From Chrysomallon squamiferum (Eukaryota; Animalia; Mollusca): a stretch of 64,000 nt of DNA. Below the pieces are notes generated by a model that saw only the letters and a list, made by a program, of their open reading frames with translations, did no database searches and was not told where the DNA came from. The stretch spans positions 32,736,001 to 32,800,000 of the forward strand of contig CM022670.1 in the NCBI GenBank assembly GCA_012295275.1, written 5' to 3'. Below are positions 1 through 13,418 of this stretch, in pieces (the first letter of the stretch is position 1; every line of letters begins with the position of its first letter). The position numbers were made by a program, and so were the translations under genes.

Positions 1-525
1 TAAGAGTGTTAAGAGTACAATCTTCAATAATATGTAAAATAAATCTACTGAATATATATATATATATTTTTAAGTAAACAAACAAAACAAATAAAAAACA
101 TGAGAAAAGTTATTTTAGAATTAATAACAAAAGAAAACTTACCTAGAATATGTAATATACAAATCTGAAACTTATCACAATGGGTATATAACATAAAAGA
201 ATAATTATAATACAAAAATAAAAAACACAAACGAAAATCATGTGTATGTACAACTTCTGCAATTAGAAAAATAATAATGTTTACAGCATTTTCTCTGTCA
301 ATTTTCTTTTTGACACTGTCAAAGTAAATTAAAAATTATATGACCCTGCTGACTGTTTTAAACATACATAGAGATTTTATATATAAAAATAAATAAATAA
401 ATGAAACAACAATGAAACCTGAAATAAAACAAAATAAAATATAAATTAATATCAAGATGTGTAATAACAGTGAACAAAAATGCAGTTATTATTCTAATAC
501 AGTACATATTAAAATTATAACTGAC

Positions 526-2217
526 AAGGTTGCTGCGAATGTTACGTTCCATCCATTCCCGAGTGGGCTCTCTTGCCAGCTGTTTGAGCATCTGTGGGGT
601 TGGAGCTCCTAAAAACAGCGGCAGCTGGAATGTTGTAGTGTATGCGTAATGATCTTTGAACAGCTGAACTGCAGTCCATGCCTGGAAACAAACAGAATAA
701 GAGATAGGTTTATATATAAGTCAAAGATATATAATTTTGTAACAGAAGTTATATTAATTTAAATTTTTTTTTTTTTATTATTATTAATATTTTTGAACTC
801 TAACAGATCCTTTATTCTAATCTAATTGCATGTTATATAATACACAATTAGATTATTTTACATGCTGTATAAGTTTAAAATTAAACAGTAAATCAATGTA
901 GTTAATGAATTCTATGTCTATGTAAAATAAAAGGTAGCAAATAGTAATGTTACTATATTTTCATATATTATTATTATAAATGTCAAACATTAATCCCTAC
1001 AAAGCCTGAGTCCAAGTAATAAAACAAAAAGTAGATCATTTAAATATGGTATTTAAAGTTTCTTTTTTAAAACTTTACAATCTATAAATTTTATTTGTTA
1101 GTTAAAACAATGTGTGTAGAATATGAGTTTAACCTGTTCAAGGAGGCCATATTTGTAATTGTCTCTGGAGACTGTGACAAAAACTTCCTGTATGTGGATG
1201 ATAGCTGTCAGGAAACGATGGTATGATCTTCTTGGAAAGTGCTTAAAATAAACACCAAATATTAAATGTTTATCAAACATTGTAAACAGAAATGACACAT
1301 GTTAACAAGAATAATATACATAGACACTGATTATTTTGTAAAGCATTTAAATAAACATTAAGGATTATTTATTAAAATGTATTTGATATGAAATCATTTA
1401 ATACTGTGATATCATTACATTCACAGCAGAAAATATATTTTTATTTCGTAAAAAAAAATTATTTAATTAAAAAATAATAATAATAATAAAGGCAGAAAAA
1501 TCATGATCCTTAGGTCTGAAAAAAAAAAGTGTTTTGATTAATAACACACTAAAAAATTTGTATATTAAATATATTTAATAAATTCTTGAAAATAAATAAA
1601 TAAATATTTTTACTTTGAAACCATCTCTCCAGGCTGGAGAGGTGTTTGTACTTCGAAGATCCAAGTTTTCTGTGAAGACCAGTTTATCATATGTGGCATG
1701 TGGTGTGCCCTACAACAACAAAAAGTTATGATTAACTGATTAATAAAACAAATAACATTACAAGTGTATCCTTTAATATTATGCAGTCACACATTTCTCT
1801 TTATTTCTATTTTTTGTAAACTGAAGCTCATCAACTGAGAATTTACAGTCAATAGTGTTGATGCATTTTAAATTATATTCACCATGATGATTTTCTCTGA
1901 AATCCCTAATCTGCTGTGAAAAATTACTGCTAGTAATTAAATATTAGTTGAAAAATTATTTTAAGTATTTAAATTAGCTTACCAAATAGAAAGCTCCAGG
2001 CGGGTTGAGACACATGTGAGCATGTGTGAAGTTGGCCCAAGGCAGATTAACTGCACTGTCAAGAGCTATCTGAAATATTGTAACATGCACGTACATGATT
2101 AGTTTGTTTAAAACAAATTATTTTTCTACTTTAATATTACCGTAATTTTACAGAATGCTAAAAAAGGAATATACTAATTTAGTACAGTATTTAAGATTAC
2201 ATTATTATTATTATTAT

Positions 2218-2253
<36 letters not shown>

Positions 2254-3736
2254 CATTGTCATCATTATTACCTTGATTCCGTGTTTTGGACTGTACTGAC
2301 AAATGAAGTTGAGATCTTGTTCTAAAGGTTTCACATTTGCAGACTTAGTGAGTTGGTTCTGAAATGTAAAACACAAATTACATGAGCATGTAATTCAGTT
2401 ACATTATTTTTTGTCTTTTAAAATATGATAAAAATTATTTTAGGAATTTTATTATCATATTATCCTCCTCATCAACATCAAAATCAGTAGTCATTGAATA
2501 ACAATTTCCCAAATCATCATCACCATCAATATCATTAACATTATCATCATCATAAGATGATCAATATGAATTCTTACCCTTATATACTGCTCTATGTTCT
2601 TGTCACTTCGTAAGAAGCTGTCTTTGGCCTGTGTGTTTTTGGCCACTGTTTCTCTGATGGTTATTGGCTGTCTTCTCATCATGGCATGAAACATCTTACT
2701 CTCTCCTTTCATTGGCAGACATTTCATTGAATAGTAGATTCGATCAGAATATTTTGGTCGAGGATGCCACAGACCAAGTCGCAGCCAGTCGGCTTGTGGG
2801 ACTTTGCTGGACTATAAAAATAAACATCAAGCTATTGATACGTTTGTTATTTATCACTATTTTTTAAAATTATTATTCTGCTGTACTGCTAAATTCAACA
2901 TAAAATTAAATATAAACTGTTAAAATTAAATATTGTTAATTATGTACTTGTTAGACCACTGCTTAATTTTCACTAGGAAACAAAATTACATAACAAAAAT
3001 CAGCTATACAACATAAATTAAATCTTAGATAATTATCTTAATTACTGCCGATGCAGTTCAACATTAATTTGTGATTATCACTAAATCACCATTAGAAATC
3101 AATTAGAAATGATTTTGAAGCACTGCGTGAATTAAATATTGCTTAATATGTCTACTGTTTAGATTCAATATGAGTTTAATTTACACTACAGAATTTTAAT
3201 ATCAAACCATCAGCTTTTGTAGTTACTGTTTAGTTTCATCTTATTATTACAAATATAGCATCAAAACGGATTTTCTCACACTGTATAAAGTATCAAATTG
3301 TATCTGCTGCTTAGAATTATATTATAATTAAATACCAGATCATTAATTTATTTGTCAATTGTTAAGCCTTAATTTGTGAATGAAACTGAAGTCCACTTCA
3401 AGCATTTTTTTCAGTAATAAAAATAACATCAAATTATTAATTTTTATTTTATGATTAAAACCATATTATTACTAAACAATTTACATTCTATATTAACAGT
3501 AATAAATGCATATAAAAATAATTTAGAAATATTTTGACAGAACATGTAAAAACAAACCTCAAGTGGTTTTCCATGAGGTCCTTTTGGAACTTTGGTGATT
3601 CTGACCAAAACAGAAGCACATGGAACAATCCTGGCATTAGCATTTCTTAAACAGTTTTCTGCAAATGGATCAACACCATTTGGTCCCTGACTGTAAACTC
3701 TCAGCTGATGAGCTCCAGTGTTTAAAGAAACCTATA

Positions 3737-3803
<67 letters not shown>

Positions 3804-3806
3804 GTA

Positions 3807-3848
<42 letters not shown>

Positions 3849-6800
3849 AATAAATAAATAAATAAAATAAATAAGTAAATAAATAATTATAAAAATAGTA
3901 AATTTTAAAAATAAATTAAGAAAATATTAATTCATAATACAACCCTCCAAATGTGTATATATATATATATATATATAGTACTTACATTAAGCTTACTGTG
4001 GAAATTACCTAACTAATCTGGCTGTTTAAAAAAGCCTTCACATTTAAATCTTTAAATCAGAATGTTATTTTAGGAAAAAGGGTGTAATAATTATAGCTGT
4101 TAATGAGAATCCAGTTAAGACAAACCTGCAATCCATGTTTGTCTATGGTTGGTTGTCTCTCAGTGCCAACTTCTACAAAAAGGTTGATGGTTGCATAACC
4201 AACCACAGTCAGCTGTTTGTAGAAACGATCAATGGTGTATATCTGAATAAAATGTAAATTCAGTTTGAGCAGGAAGACAGGTTTTTAATGCAAGAACTTG
4301 ACTCATTTTGAGAAGTAGGACAGATTTTGAATGGTAGAACATATAATCACTTTGAGCAGTAAGAAAGTTTTTGAAGGTACAACATATCTCAAATAATAAG
4401 ATGGCTACTGTACAATATACTCACTTTGAGCAGCAATGTGGCTGTTGGTGGGACGTTCTGAAGTCGGTATTCTTCTTTATATTCATAGACAGGATTGTAG
4501 CAGTCACTGTCCAGCTTAACACTGGTTGAGATGTCTTTTCCATGGATTTCATATCGACGGTCAAGAATGCGTCCAGCAATCTACATGTAAATTTATAAAA
4601 TCTGTCATTCATCTAAAGTTAACAACCTAAATCAGGAAAAAAAATGTAATCCCCCCAAAACCCTTCACCAATAACAATAATGACAAGTAAATGTTTAATA
4701 TATGATTGATATACTGTTGGGAAATTCTTGTTTTATCAAATTAGTTTAAAAAACTATACTTAAATAACTTTAGAGAACACTATTTATACTTTGCTTTTCA
4801 ATTAAAATGTTTTGAAATTTTTAAAAAATAACCTTAGAAAATGTAACAGAGTCAGGAAGGAATCGACATCCGTCAATGTAAATGTCAAAGCCATCTCCAA
4901 TCAAAAATGGTTCCTTTGGTGGCACTCGCCGTTCATATGGTAACCAGGAGAACTGAAAAATAAAAATCACAGTGACATTTCTTTATTACCCAGATTTGCT
5001 GAATAAATGTAAATGTTTATTTAGAAACTGTCTGCACAGGTCTAGAATTTCAATAATAAAACATTTTCAGAAAGAGTATAGTGTCTATTCTATCAATTTG
5101 TTTATATCACAAGAATTAGACATCATGTACTCTGACTTTTAAACAAGATTTGTAAGTATTAATTAATGCCTTACTTCTGGTAGGTTATCTTCAGGGTCAT
5201 CTGACAGTTCACTTGGTGTTAGTGATCCTGGTCTTGGTGTCCCATGGAATATGTGTATCCTCACAGTTCCTTTGCCATAACGCTTGTAGTCACGCATGGC
5301 CAAATCTTCCAGTGGAAGTCTTGTCACCTCAGGTACAGGTGGAGCGTACAGTTTCAGTGTGTGTGTCCCTGTGTTTATTCTCATGTGTGAAATATCAAAC
5401 TCTCTGCGTTCTCTCATTGTTAAATCTGAAATTGTATTAAAATGAAATATTAGTGACATGTAAATATTTGTATGTGTGTTTGATTCATACATGTTTCTAT
5501 ATATACATGTCTGTGTATACACTTATGAATGTTTTGCATGAATGTGTATTTTGTGTTTGTGTGGGTAAAATATGTATGCATGTGTTTGTATGTACATATA
5601 TTTACTGAATACAAACAAAAATAAAATATAACTGAAAGAATGCATAACAAAATTACAGAATGAAAACAGAAACAGATCTATTGTAGAAAATGCTTACAAA
5701 AATACACTTGAACAGATATTAATAATCTAAAAGCAACAGATAAGTTACTTTTAAAACCATTTTCTTGGAAGCTGACATTTTTGGCAGCTGAATTGAATCC
5801 CTTTAGGCCAATCTCTGTTCTGATATATAGAAAAATGGGAACTGTTCATGTTATTTCAAATACAACTTAGACTAAAACAGTATTTTTGCTATACCTTGTT
5901 TAGTAGACAGAACTAAAGGAATTGCAGTCCAAGCTGCCAAAGCTTCTTCATCATAAAGAGAGGCTTCTTGAGACGTGGGTTCCAAAAACAAATCATCTGA
6001 AATCTGACTCCGAAGCCTCTTTCTGAGGTAGAAGCGAACAATAAGAATCATATCACCCTGGAATGCAACATCTTGAAATGTTGCCTCTTGCTGGCCAAAA
6101 ACATGGTAGCCATATTTAAAATTGGATCTTACAGCAGTGGTGCTACAAGTAACAGGACTTGTAGATGACTGTACAATCTAGATTTTGAAAAATAAAAAAA
6201 GATTTAATTTAAAAAAATAATGATTCAGTTGCAGTCATTAACATAAATAAGTGTACCATTTCTACATACTGTAATGTAGAATTCCATGGTTTTTTTTTAA
6301 ACAAATAATTTATAACTGAAATGCATTTTTCACTTGATAATAAATATTAATTAGTAAATTATATGTAACTAAATAATTTTAAAATACTGAATTCTTTCTT
6401 TTTAACTTGTTAATATTTCAGGCATTAATGCCTATAAAAACATTAATGATTGTCTTACATTTAATGAAACTTTAGTACTTATTTATATTTTCTGAAATGT
6501 TTAAAATATGTTTAAGATTAAAAAAAAAATATATATATGAACAAAAATTTCATGGGAAGATCAATCAGTCTCAAATTTTAAATAATATAAATTTCTGTGA
6601 TAAAACTTGAATCATTTCTTACCTTCCCATTTGATTTATAATAAGCAGTTAATCTAACTTTCCCCTCCCCAGCCTCAGCATGTTTGACACGATCAACTTG
6701 AAACCCCATTGTCGTGTCCAATGAGGAGTTCGATGTCCTTATAGGTGGCAATATCTCTTGGCGGCTGCTGTAAAATAAAATAAATTTTTATTAACACAAC

Positions 6801-9800
6801 TGAACTTTTAACAACAGTACATTTTGCAAAATAAAATTTGGTGTCAAATCTTTACTAATGATAAAGTATGAAAATGAAAATAATATGTTCTTGAGGATGT
6901 ATGGAAACTGATATTTTTCTCTTTATCATGATATCATTCTATAGAAAACAAAAATATTAAAAATTGCAAATAGACTGACAAGGCTGCAGTGATATACTCA
7001 GTTTGTTTGGTGTGTTTTTTTTCAAAGTTTCTTTAGATAAAATATTATCATGATAGAACTGAAAAGTAACAACAAAAAGCTAGAGAAATAACAAAAATAA
7101 AATAAATTATAAAATCCTTACACAAACAAAAACAAAAGAAAACACAAGCAGTATTTTAACAGTAAAGATTAATTGTTTTTTAAAAATGTTTTGGACTGTG
7201 CTTTATTATCAGTTAATTATTTTTAATGTATTCTTGCAGTAAAGCATATAAGTATTAAAAATATGTATGTTTCCATATGTAAAAAGAAAATATTATCTAT
7301 TTGTGAAACAATTATTTTATATTTTTCCTAATTCTCATTTAGATTTAACAGATATAAATAAATAATGAAGAACAGAATAATAATAGTAATAATAGTAAAT
7401 TAAAAGTTCAGTGTTCATATATAAAATATATTTTAGCTAATAGCTACTTGTAGGTATTCCATTATTGTGAATATAAGTAAATTAATTATATATCACAAGC
7501 CATAAGTTGAGCATTGGCAATGGAAAATATTTGGAAATGTAAAATTGTGTATTAAAGTGCAAAATTGATTTTAAAAATACCATGGTATACAATTGTTTTG
7601 CTTTGATCATAATTCTAGGATTCAATCAGATTTTTTTTTTCATATTAAAAAAATTATTAAATATAACAAGTGATTCAGTATAAGTGCAGATAAAACACAG
7701 TTTCAAATTACAGATATAGTGTAATTCTAAACTACATTAGCATGTGAGGTGTGATTTTGTGTGGATGATTCAAAGTTTGCCAGTTAAGTTTTGCTCAGTG
7801 ACTGTTTATTCATAAGCAAAATGTGTTTTAGGTGTTAAATATATATATTATATATATATATATATATTTATAGGCTTAGCAAAATGTGTAAAGAAAATAA
7901 AAAATAAAATATACAACCTATTGATGCTAAATGAGTTATCCAAAGATAGTCTTGAATAAATTAATAAAATTAAAACTTAATAAAATTGTTATTCTACATT
8001 ATATTTGTGAAAAACAAGTGAAAAAATAAAACAATTTATTCATATTAACTACTGGTTTCTACTTTTGAAAGAAATAAAATAACAAAAATCGATTTTCTAT
8101 TCTGTAATAAAAATTTCTTTTAACTTCATGAGTAAAATAGCAGTGAGATTTTATATTAATAAACGAGCTGATTAAATGATATAAATAATAATATCTATTT
8201 TGTCATACAAAAAATAAATTAATTAAAGCACTGAATAAAACTATTATTAATAATATTTGAACAAAAATATTGCCCTCAGAAAAACCATAAATATTAAACA
8301 ATATATTATAACTTAATTTCTTATTATTTATTTTTTATTTATTTTTAGAACAAAATAATTGTAAACATTCTTTATAAAATTCACCACCTTTTTTTTCTTT
8401 TTTTTTTAAAACTGATTTTTTTATTTTCCATATTAAACGAATTATTTTAAATAGAAAATGCCCCAATAATAGTTTATAAAATTAAACTCATAACAACTAC
8501 GGTATGAATAGTGTATCCTACCTTCTCTGTGGAGGGCAATATTCTGGGGTGGCAGGGGGAGTTACAGAGGGTGGTGGTGGTGGAGGAGGAATTTGGGCAG
8601 GGGTGACAGGGTGCTGATGCAGAACTATTCCTCCCTGGAATTAAAGAAAGTTACACAGACTTTAGAAATTAGTACCAGAATATTAAACAGATTTTAGTGG
8701 ATATTTTAGCAACTTTTTCTGTAAGTTTAATTTTTATATCTTTAGTTATTGGGACAGAGAAATTATACATAAGAAAAATGCAGAATTAATTACAAAGCCA
8801 TTAAGTGTACTAGCAATTTTATGTTAACAGTATTAATCATAGATAATTAAGAATAAGATGTGATCTAAATGTGTTTGTGATCAATCTAAAAGCATTATAT
8901 ATATTAATTTCTGCACTGGCAGCAGTGGTGGAAATGGGAGGCTTTGCAAGGGAATGCATTCCTCTACTTTTTAATTTCCAGTTTATGTCTAATTTCTGTA
9001 CTAGAATGAAGTTAGAGATGTTTATTTGTTATTCTTTTTCAATAAATTTATGAATATTATGAAATGATATTTTATTTTAGCAAAATATATATTAGTAATA
9101 CACATCATTATTTGACTTAGTTGCTCACACAATATGTAGGTAATTATCATACCCAAATCACATTACAAAAACTTTCTACTAGAGGGGCTTAAATCATCTA
9201 CTCCTCCCTTCTTCCCAACCTCAGTCTAACAGAACTAGGTGTATCCCTAGTTCCTAAAAGCCATTTCCATCACTGGCCAGAAGCCTACTTGGTAGTTTGT
9301 TTGCCATACAAACCTGTGGTGCCAAGTTATACAAGTCTCTGTTGGTTGCAGCGATGGTTGCCTGAGACTGGGCTGGAGCGTCACGCATGTGTACAATTCT
9401 ATAGTACAACTCACTGTCAGCATACTGGAAAGTAAACATGAAATCTTTCTCTGTGGTTGTTAAGAATATTTTTTATTACAGATCTTTATTTTAATTTTAT
9501 TTGTTTGTTTGTTAGACTGTGTATGTGTTTGTTTATTATTATTATTATATATTTATTTATTCATTTATTTATTTTTATTATCAACCATCTGATTCTTATT
9601 TCACTCATGAAATCTGATATTCACATTAATACAATATTTTATTATTATTAATTTAATTTATTTATTTATTTTTCATTTTAAAGTAATTAAAAAAAAAAAA
9701 AAAAAATTATTTTAGTAGTAATTTTTGTATTTTCTTTATTTATATATATATTTTTTATTATTATTACCAGCATTTCTTTTAAGGTATTATTAAATAAACT

Positions 9801-12800
9801 AATATAAATTTTTGTTGTCTTTTCACTCATAGTTAATGTCTTAAATCTTCAGGTGTTATTTACAAATAAATGAAAAAACATATCTGTATGAAAATTAATG
9901 TTTTAATTTCAATTGTAAGTTTTCTTTTTTGTATGTGACATTAAAACAAACAATATAAAAAGAACAATAAAATGCATTATATTTAATTTTGTTACTATTA
10001 TGAAAACAAATGATAATAATTAAAAAAAATTAATAATAATCATTTTATAATTGATACATAAATTTCAAGTTTAAGATTTCACTATTCTCAGATACTTTAA
10101 ACCAAAATTTTAAACATATTCTTTTGTTTACCTCTTTTATTTTTATGATCAACAATAAAAATATTAACTTACTTGTGCAACAGTGTTGAGTTCACCAAAG
10201 CTGATGAATGGTTTGATCGGAACATTGCGGAAAGGAATCTTATATCGTCCTGCAAGGAGTCTGTCTCCACTGTCAAACAGTGGTATCTTTGTCCATGCTC
10301 TTGTTATAAGTCTCTGGGTGTCATGTTCAGAAGCTGGCCCTCCCTGTACTTGTAGTTCCACCACAATACCCAGATCTGGCTGGGCTGGACATCTAGAGTT
10401 TTAATAATAATTATTTTGTAGTCACGATCTCTTTGGTTTTGTATTAGAAAGCTCTATGTTTGGGTTTCTGAAGTTAATTCAATGGTAAAAAATTATTAAA
10501 TTAAAAACATTTCTGAAAAATTTAAATTAAATTGAATAGATTGAAAGAAAGAAATAAACATGCAAAACTTTATAAAACAGAACAGAATAGAACAGAATAA
10601 AATAAAAAATATTATTAAAAAACAAATAATAAATACATAAAACAATATTAAAAATAAAATTGTAATTATCTAAATAGGTTTTACTAACGATGGTACAGGC
10701 TGGCGGGCTCCAATCACTGCATTACAGATACTGTGGTAAACATTCTGTCTGGTCGATGGCTCTGTGTACACCATGGGAAGGTACGTGGGTTCTCCCATTT
10801 TTGCAGAGTTGCTGTGAAGTCCAACGATGAGTCGTATGGCTGTTATCCTTGGATCCAGATTGAGGACAAAGTCATAGAAGATGACAAAACCAGTACTGAT
10901 AAAAAATATAATTAAAAACACATACATGCAGATATTATACTCAGAGATTAAACTGTTTTGACCACTCTCTTGAATTTTTTTTTAGATTTTACTAAGAGCT
11001 TTGTAAAAATTATATTTAGTTTTTTTTTTGGGGGGGGTCACAGAAACCTCAACCAGGTTTGTTTGCCAGTCAGTAATTTGTAGAGATAATTCAGGTTATT
11101 TTCATGCAGTATTTTTTTAAAGTAATGATTTGCCAGTTTCTAACCATTGATTTTACAATAGTTGTCAGACCACATTATTTTGAACAATTTTCAGTCTAGA
11201 GCACTGAAATTCAGTATAGTTAAAGCAGGTATGAAAAATAAAACAACACAGATAAAATCTATAAAGCTTTATTAAAGTATCAGTGATATACATTGTAATA
11301 TAACAGAATCTGAGAATGCTAAAACATTCATGTACAATTGTAATATTTAAAGTTTATATAAACATGTACACATGAATAAACATAACAAAATTGCTTGAGT
11401 AGATTAAATCAGAAAAATACAAACTGTTAAAAAATGAGACAACATTAAATAACTAACAGTATTAATTCAAATTAAAGTAAAATGAATAACAATAATAATA
11501 GAAACTTAACAAAACAAAAAAAAACAATAAGAAAAAGTAGAAATATAACAAAATAATTTTCTTTAATATTTTAAAAATATTTTGAAAAAAATAAATAAAA
11601 TAAAGATGCCAGAATTAAAGCCTTTAGAGTAGATGAAAATTAATCATGAATTTAATATATCAAATGGATTTTAAGATATAAAATAAAGAAAAAAATACAA
11701 TGAAAACATCAGAAACTTTCATAAAAACTTCCATGTCATATATTATTATATAGTAGTTTTAAAAAACAGTTGAAAAAAAAAATAATGAGACAGAAAAATT
11801 AAATAAAAAGAAAAGGAAAAAAATATGTATTTTTAAGTTAACAAAAAATTAAAACCAATTTCTAAAATAAATAATTAGGTTTATAGCAAATTATTCTAAA
11901 AATTAATACATTTAAATATATATTTGAAATAGATTCATTTGCTTAATTTCCATAACAAATAACGTTTTAAAATACTACACAAAGTTAATAATAAATAATT
12001 AGTTTAATCTATGTTCTAAATTAATATAATGAATACATATTTTAATATTAGATCATATTAATAAAGAATGTGTGTTAATATAAATTTATAATTTTGCTAA
12101 TTATACCATTTTTTATTCTAGCTTTCAAAAGTAATAAAACTTGAAATAACAATAATTTTTTATAATATTTATATTAAACAGGGTTCAAAATTATTGATCA
12201 AAATTTTCGAATATTTATTTACTTATTTACTATATAAGTAAATAAATCCTATTATGAATAAAATATTTTCTTAAAAGAACTTTTGCTTTACTTGATGTTG
12301 TGATACATACAGGAAACAAGAAACCAACTTATTTTTTTTAAAATATGTGTTTTTAAGAAAAACTGGAAATGTCCAAGGAACTTGCCAAATTGTGAAAATT
12401 AATCTGTGAATTATAAATGACATTATTTTGTGTCTTGTAAATTTGTTCGCCAGTCAAGTCGCCTGTATGTTCCTGAATCAATGTTCGAATATGACCTTAT
12501 TGGCTGCATGGGAGGCAGCATAGAACTGAAAAATATAAATTTAATTTATGCTACAATACTTCTTGAAAAAAAAAAAAAATTAATAACATTAAGCATATCT
12601 ATTTTTTTAATTTTTTTTTTTTATTATAATTAATATTCTTTCATTTGTAAATGTTATTCTTTTAGAAGTAATAATCATTATTTTATTTTAATTTTAATTT
12701 TTTTTTTTTTTGCTTGTGATAATAAAGGGAAAAAGGGAACAAAAACAAGCTTGATGTTATCCAAAAAAGCAAAAATATTCTAAAGGATAAAAAAATAATA

Positions 12801-13363
12801 ATGTTGCAAATATAAACATATGCAAAGCCAAATACAACCAAAAAAACAAAAAACACCAAAACAAAACTACCAAAAAACCTCCCAAAAAAACAACAACTAT
12901 AATAACAACAAAAACAGCAATAATAATAAATAAAAATAAATAAAAGAAGAAACAAACTATCAAAAAAAAGTAAATGTTAATAATGAAGTTATTGAAAATC
13001 ATTAAGCACAGCATAAGGAAAGAAAGTAAGATAAAAATTATAAAAATGAAGTTATTGATATAACAGATTTTATGCAAATGTTTTGAATATGTGCATTTGT
13101 ATGTGTTAGGGTGTGCTCATATTGTGTATGTATGTGTGTGTCTGCCTGTTTGTGTGATTGGTTTCCCAGACTGTCATAAGGCTGATCACCAGTCAAAGCC
13201 CCTGGTAGTCAACAAATCTATATTGCTGTATTCATTGATTGACTGAAGTGGATAGGAGCTGAAAATTCAAAAATAATGACAGTGCAATAATAACAAAGAC
13301 TATTTTTGACATTAAACCATGACCCTGACCTGTCCCAGAGTGAAAACTGCAAAACAAAAACAA

Positions 13364-13418
<55 letters not shown>

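Noticed and set aside
358-525. Continuation of the last visible CCDC17 exon to a stop at 358
   Set aside because: The sequence turns intron-like after a CTT|GTCAGT donor at 526, so the gene more likely continues beyond the window edge.
3665-3847. Poly-Asn ORF (likewise poly-Leu at 17232, poly-Tyr at 35416, poly-Ile at 48774)
   Set aside because: Artefacts of (AAT)n microsatellites.
6762-6770. NAGNAG tandem acceptor (CAG CAG)
   Set aside because: A common feature that changes only one residue.
12683-13077. Hydrophobic Phe/Ile/Leu-rich ORFs resembling membrane proteins (also 28678-28895, 32129-32314, 61446-62117)
   Set aside because: They are translations of A/T-run low-complexity intron DNA with no splice or codon support.
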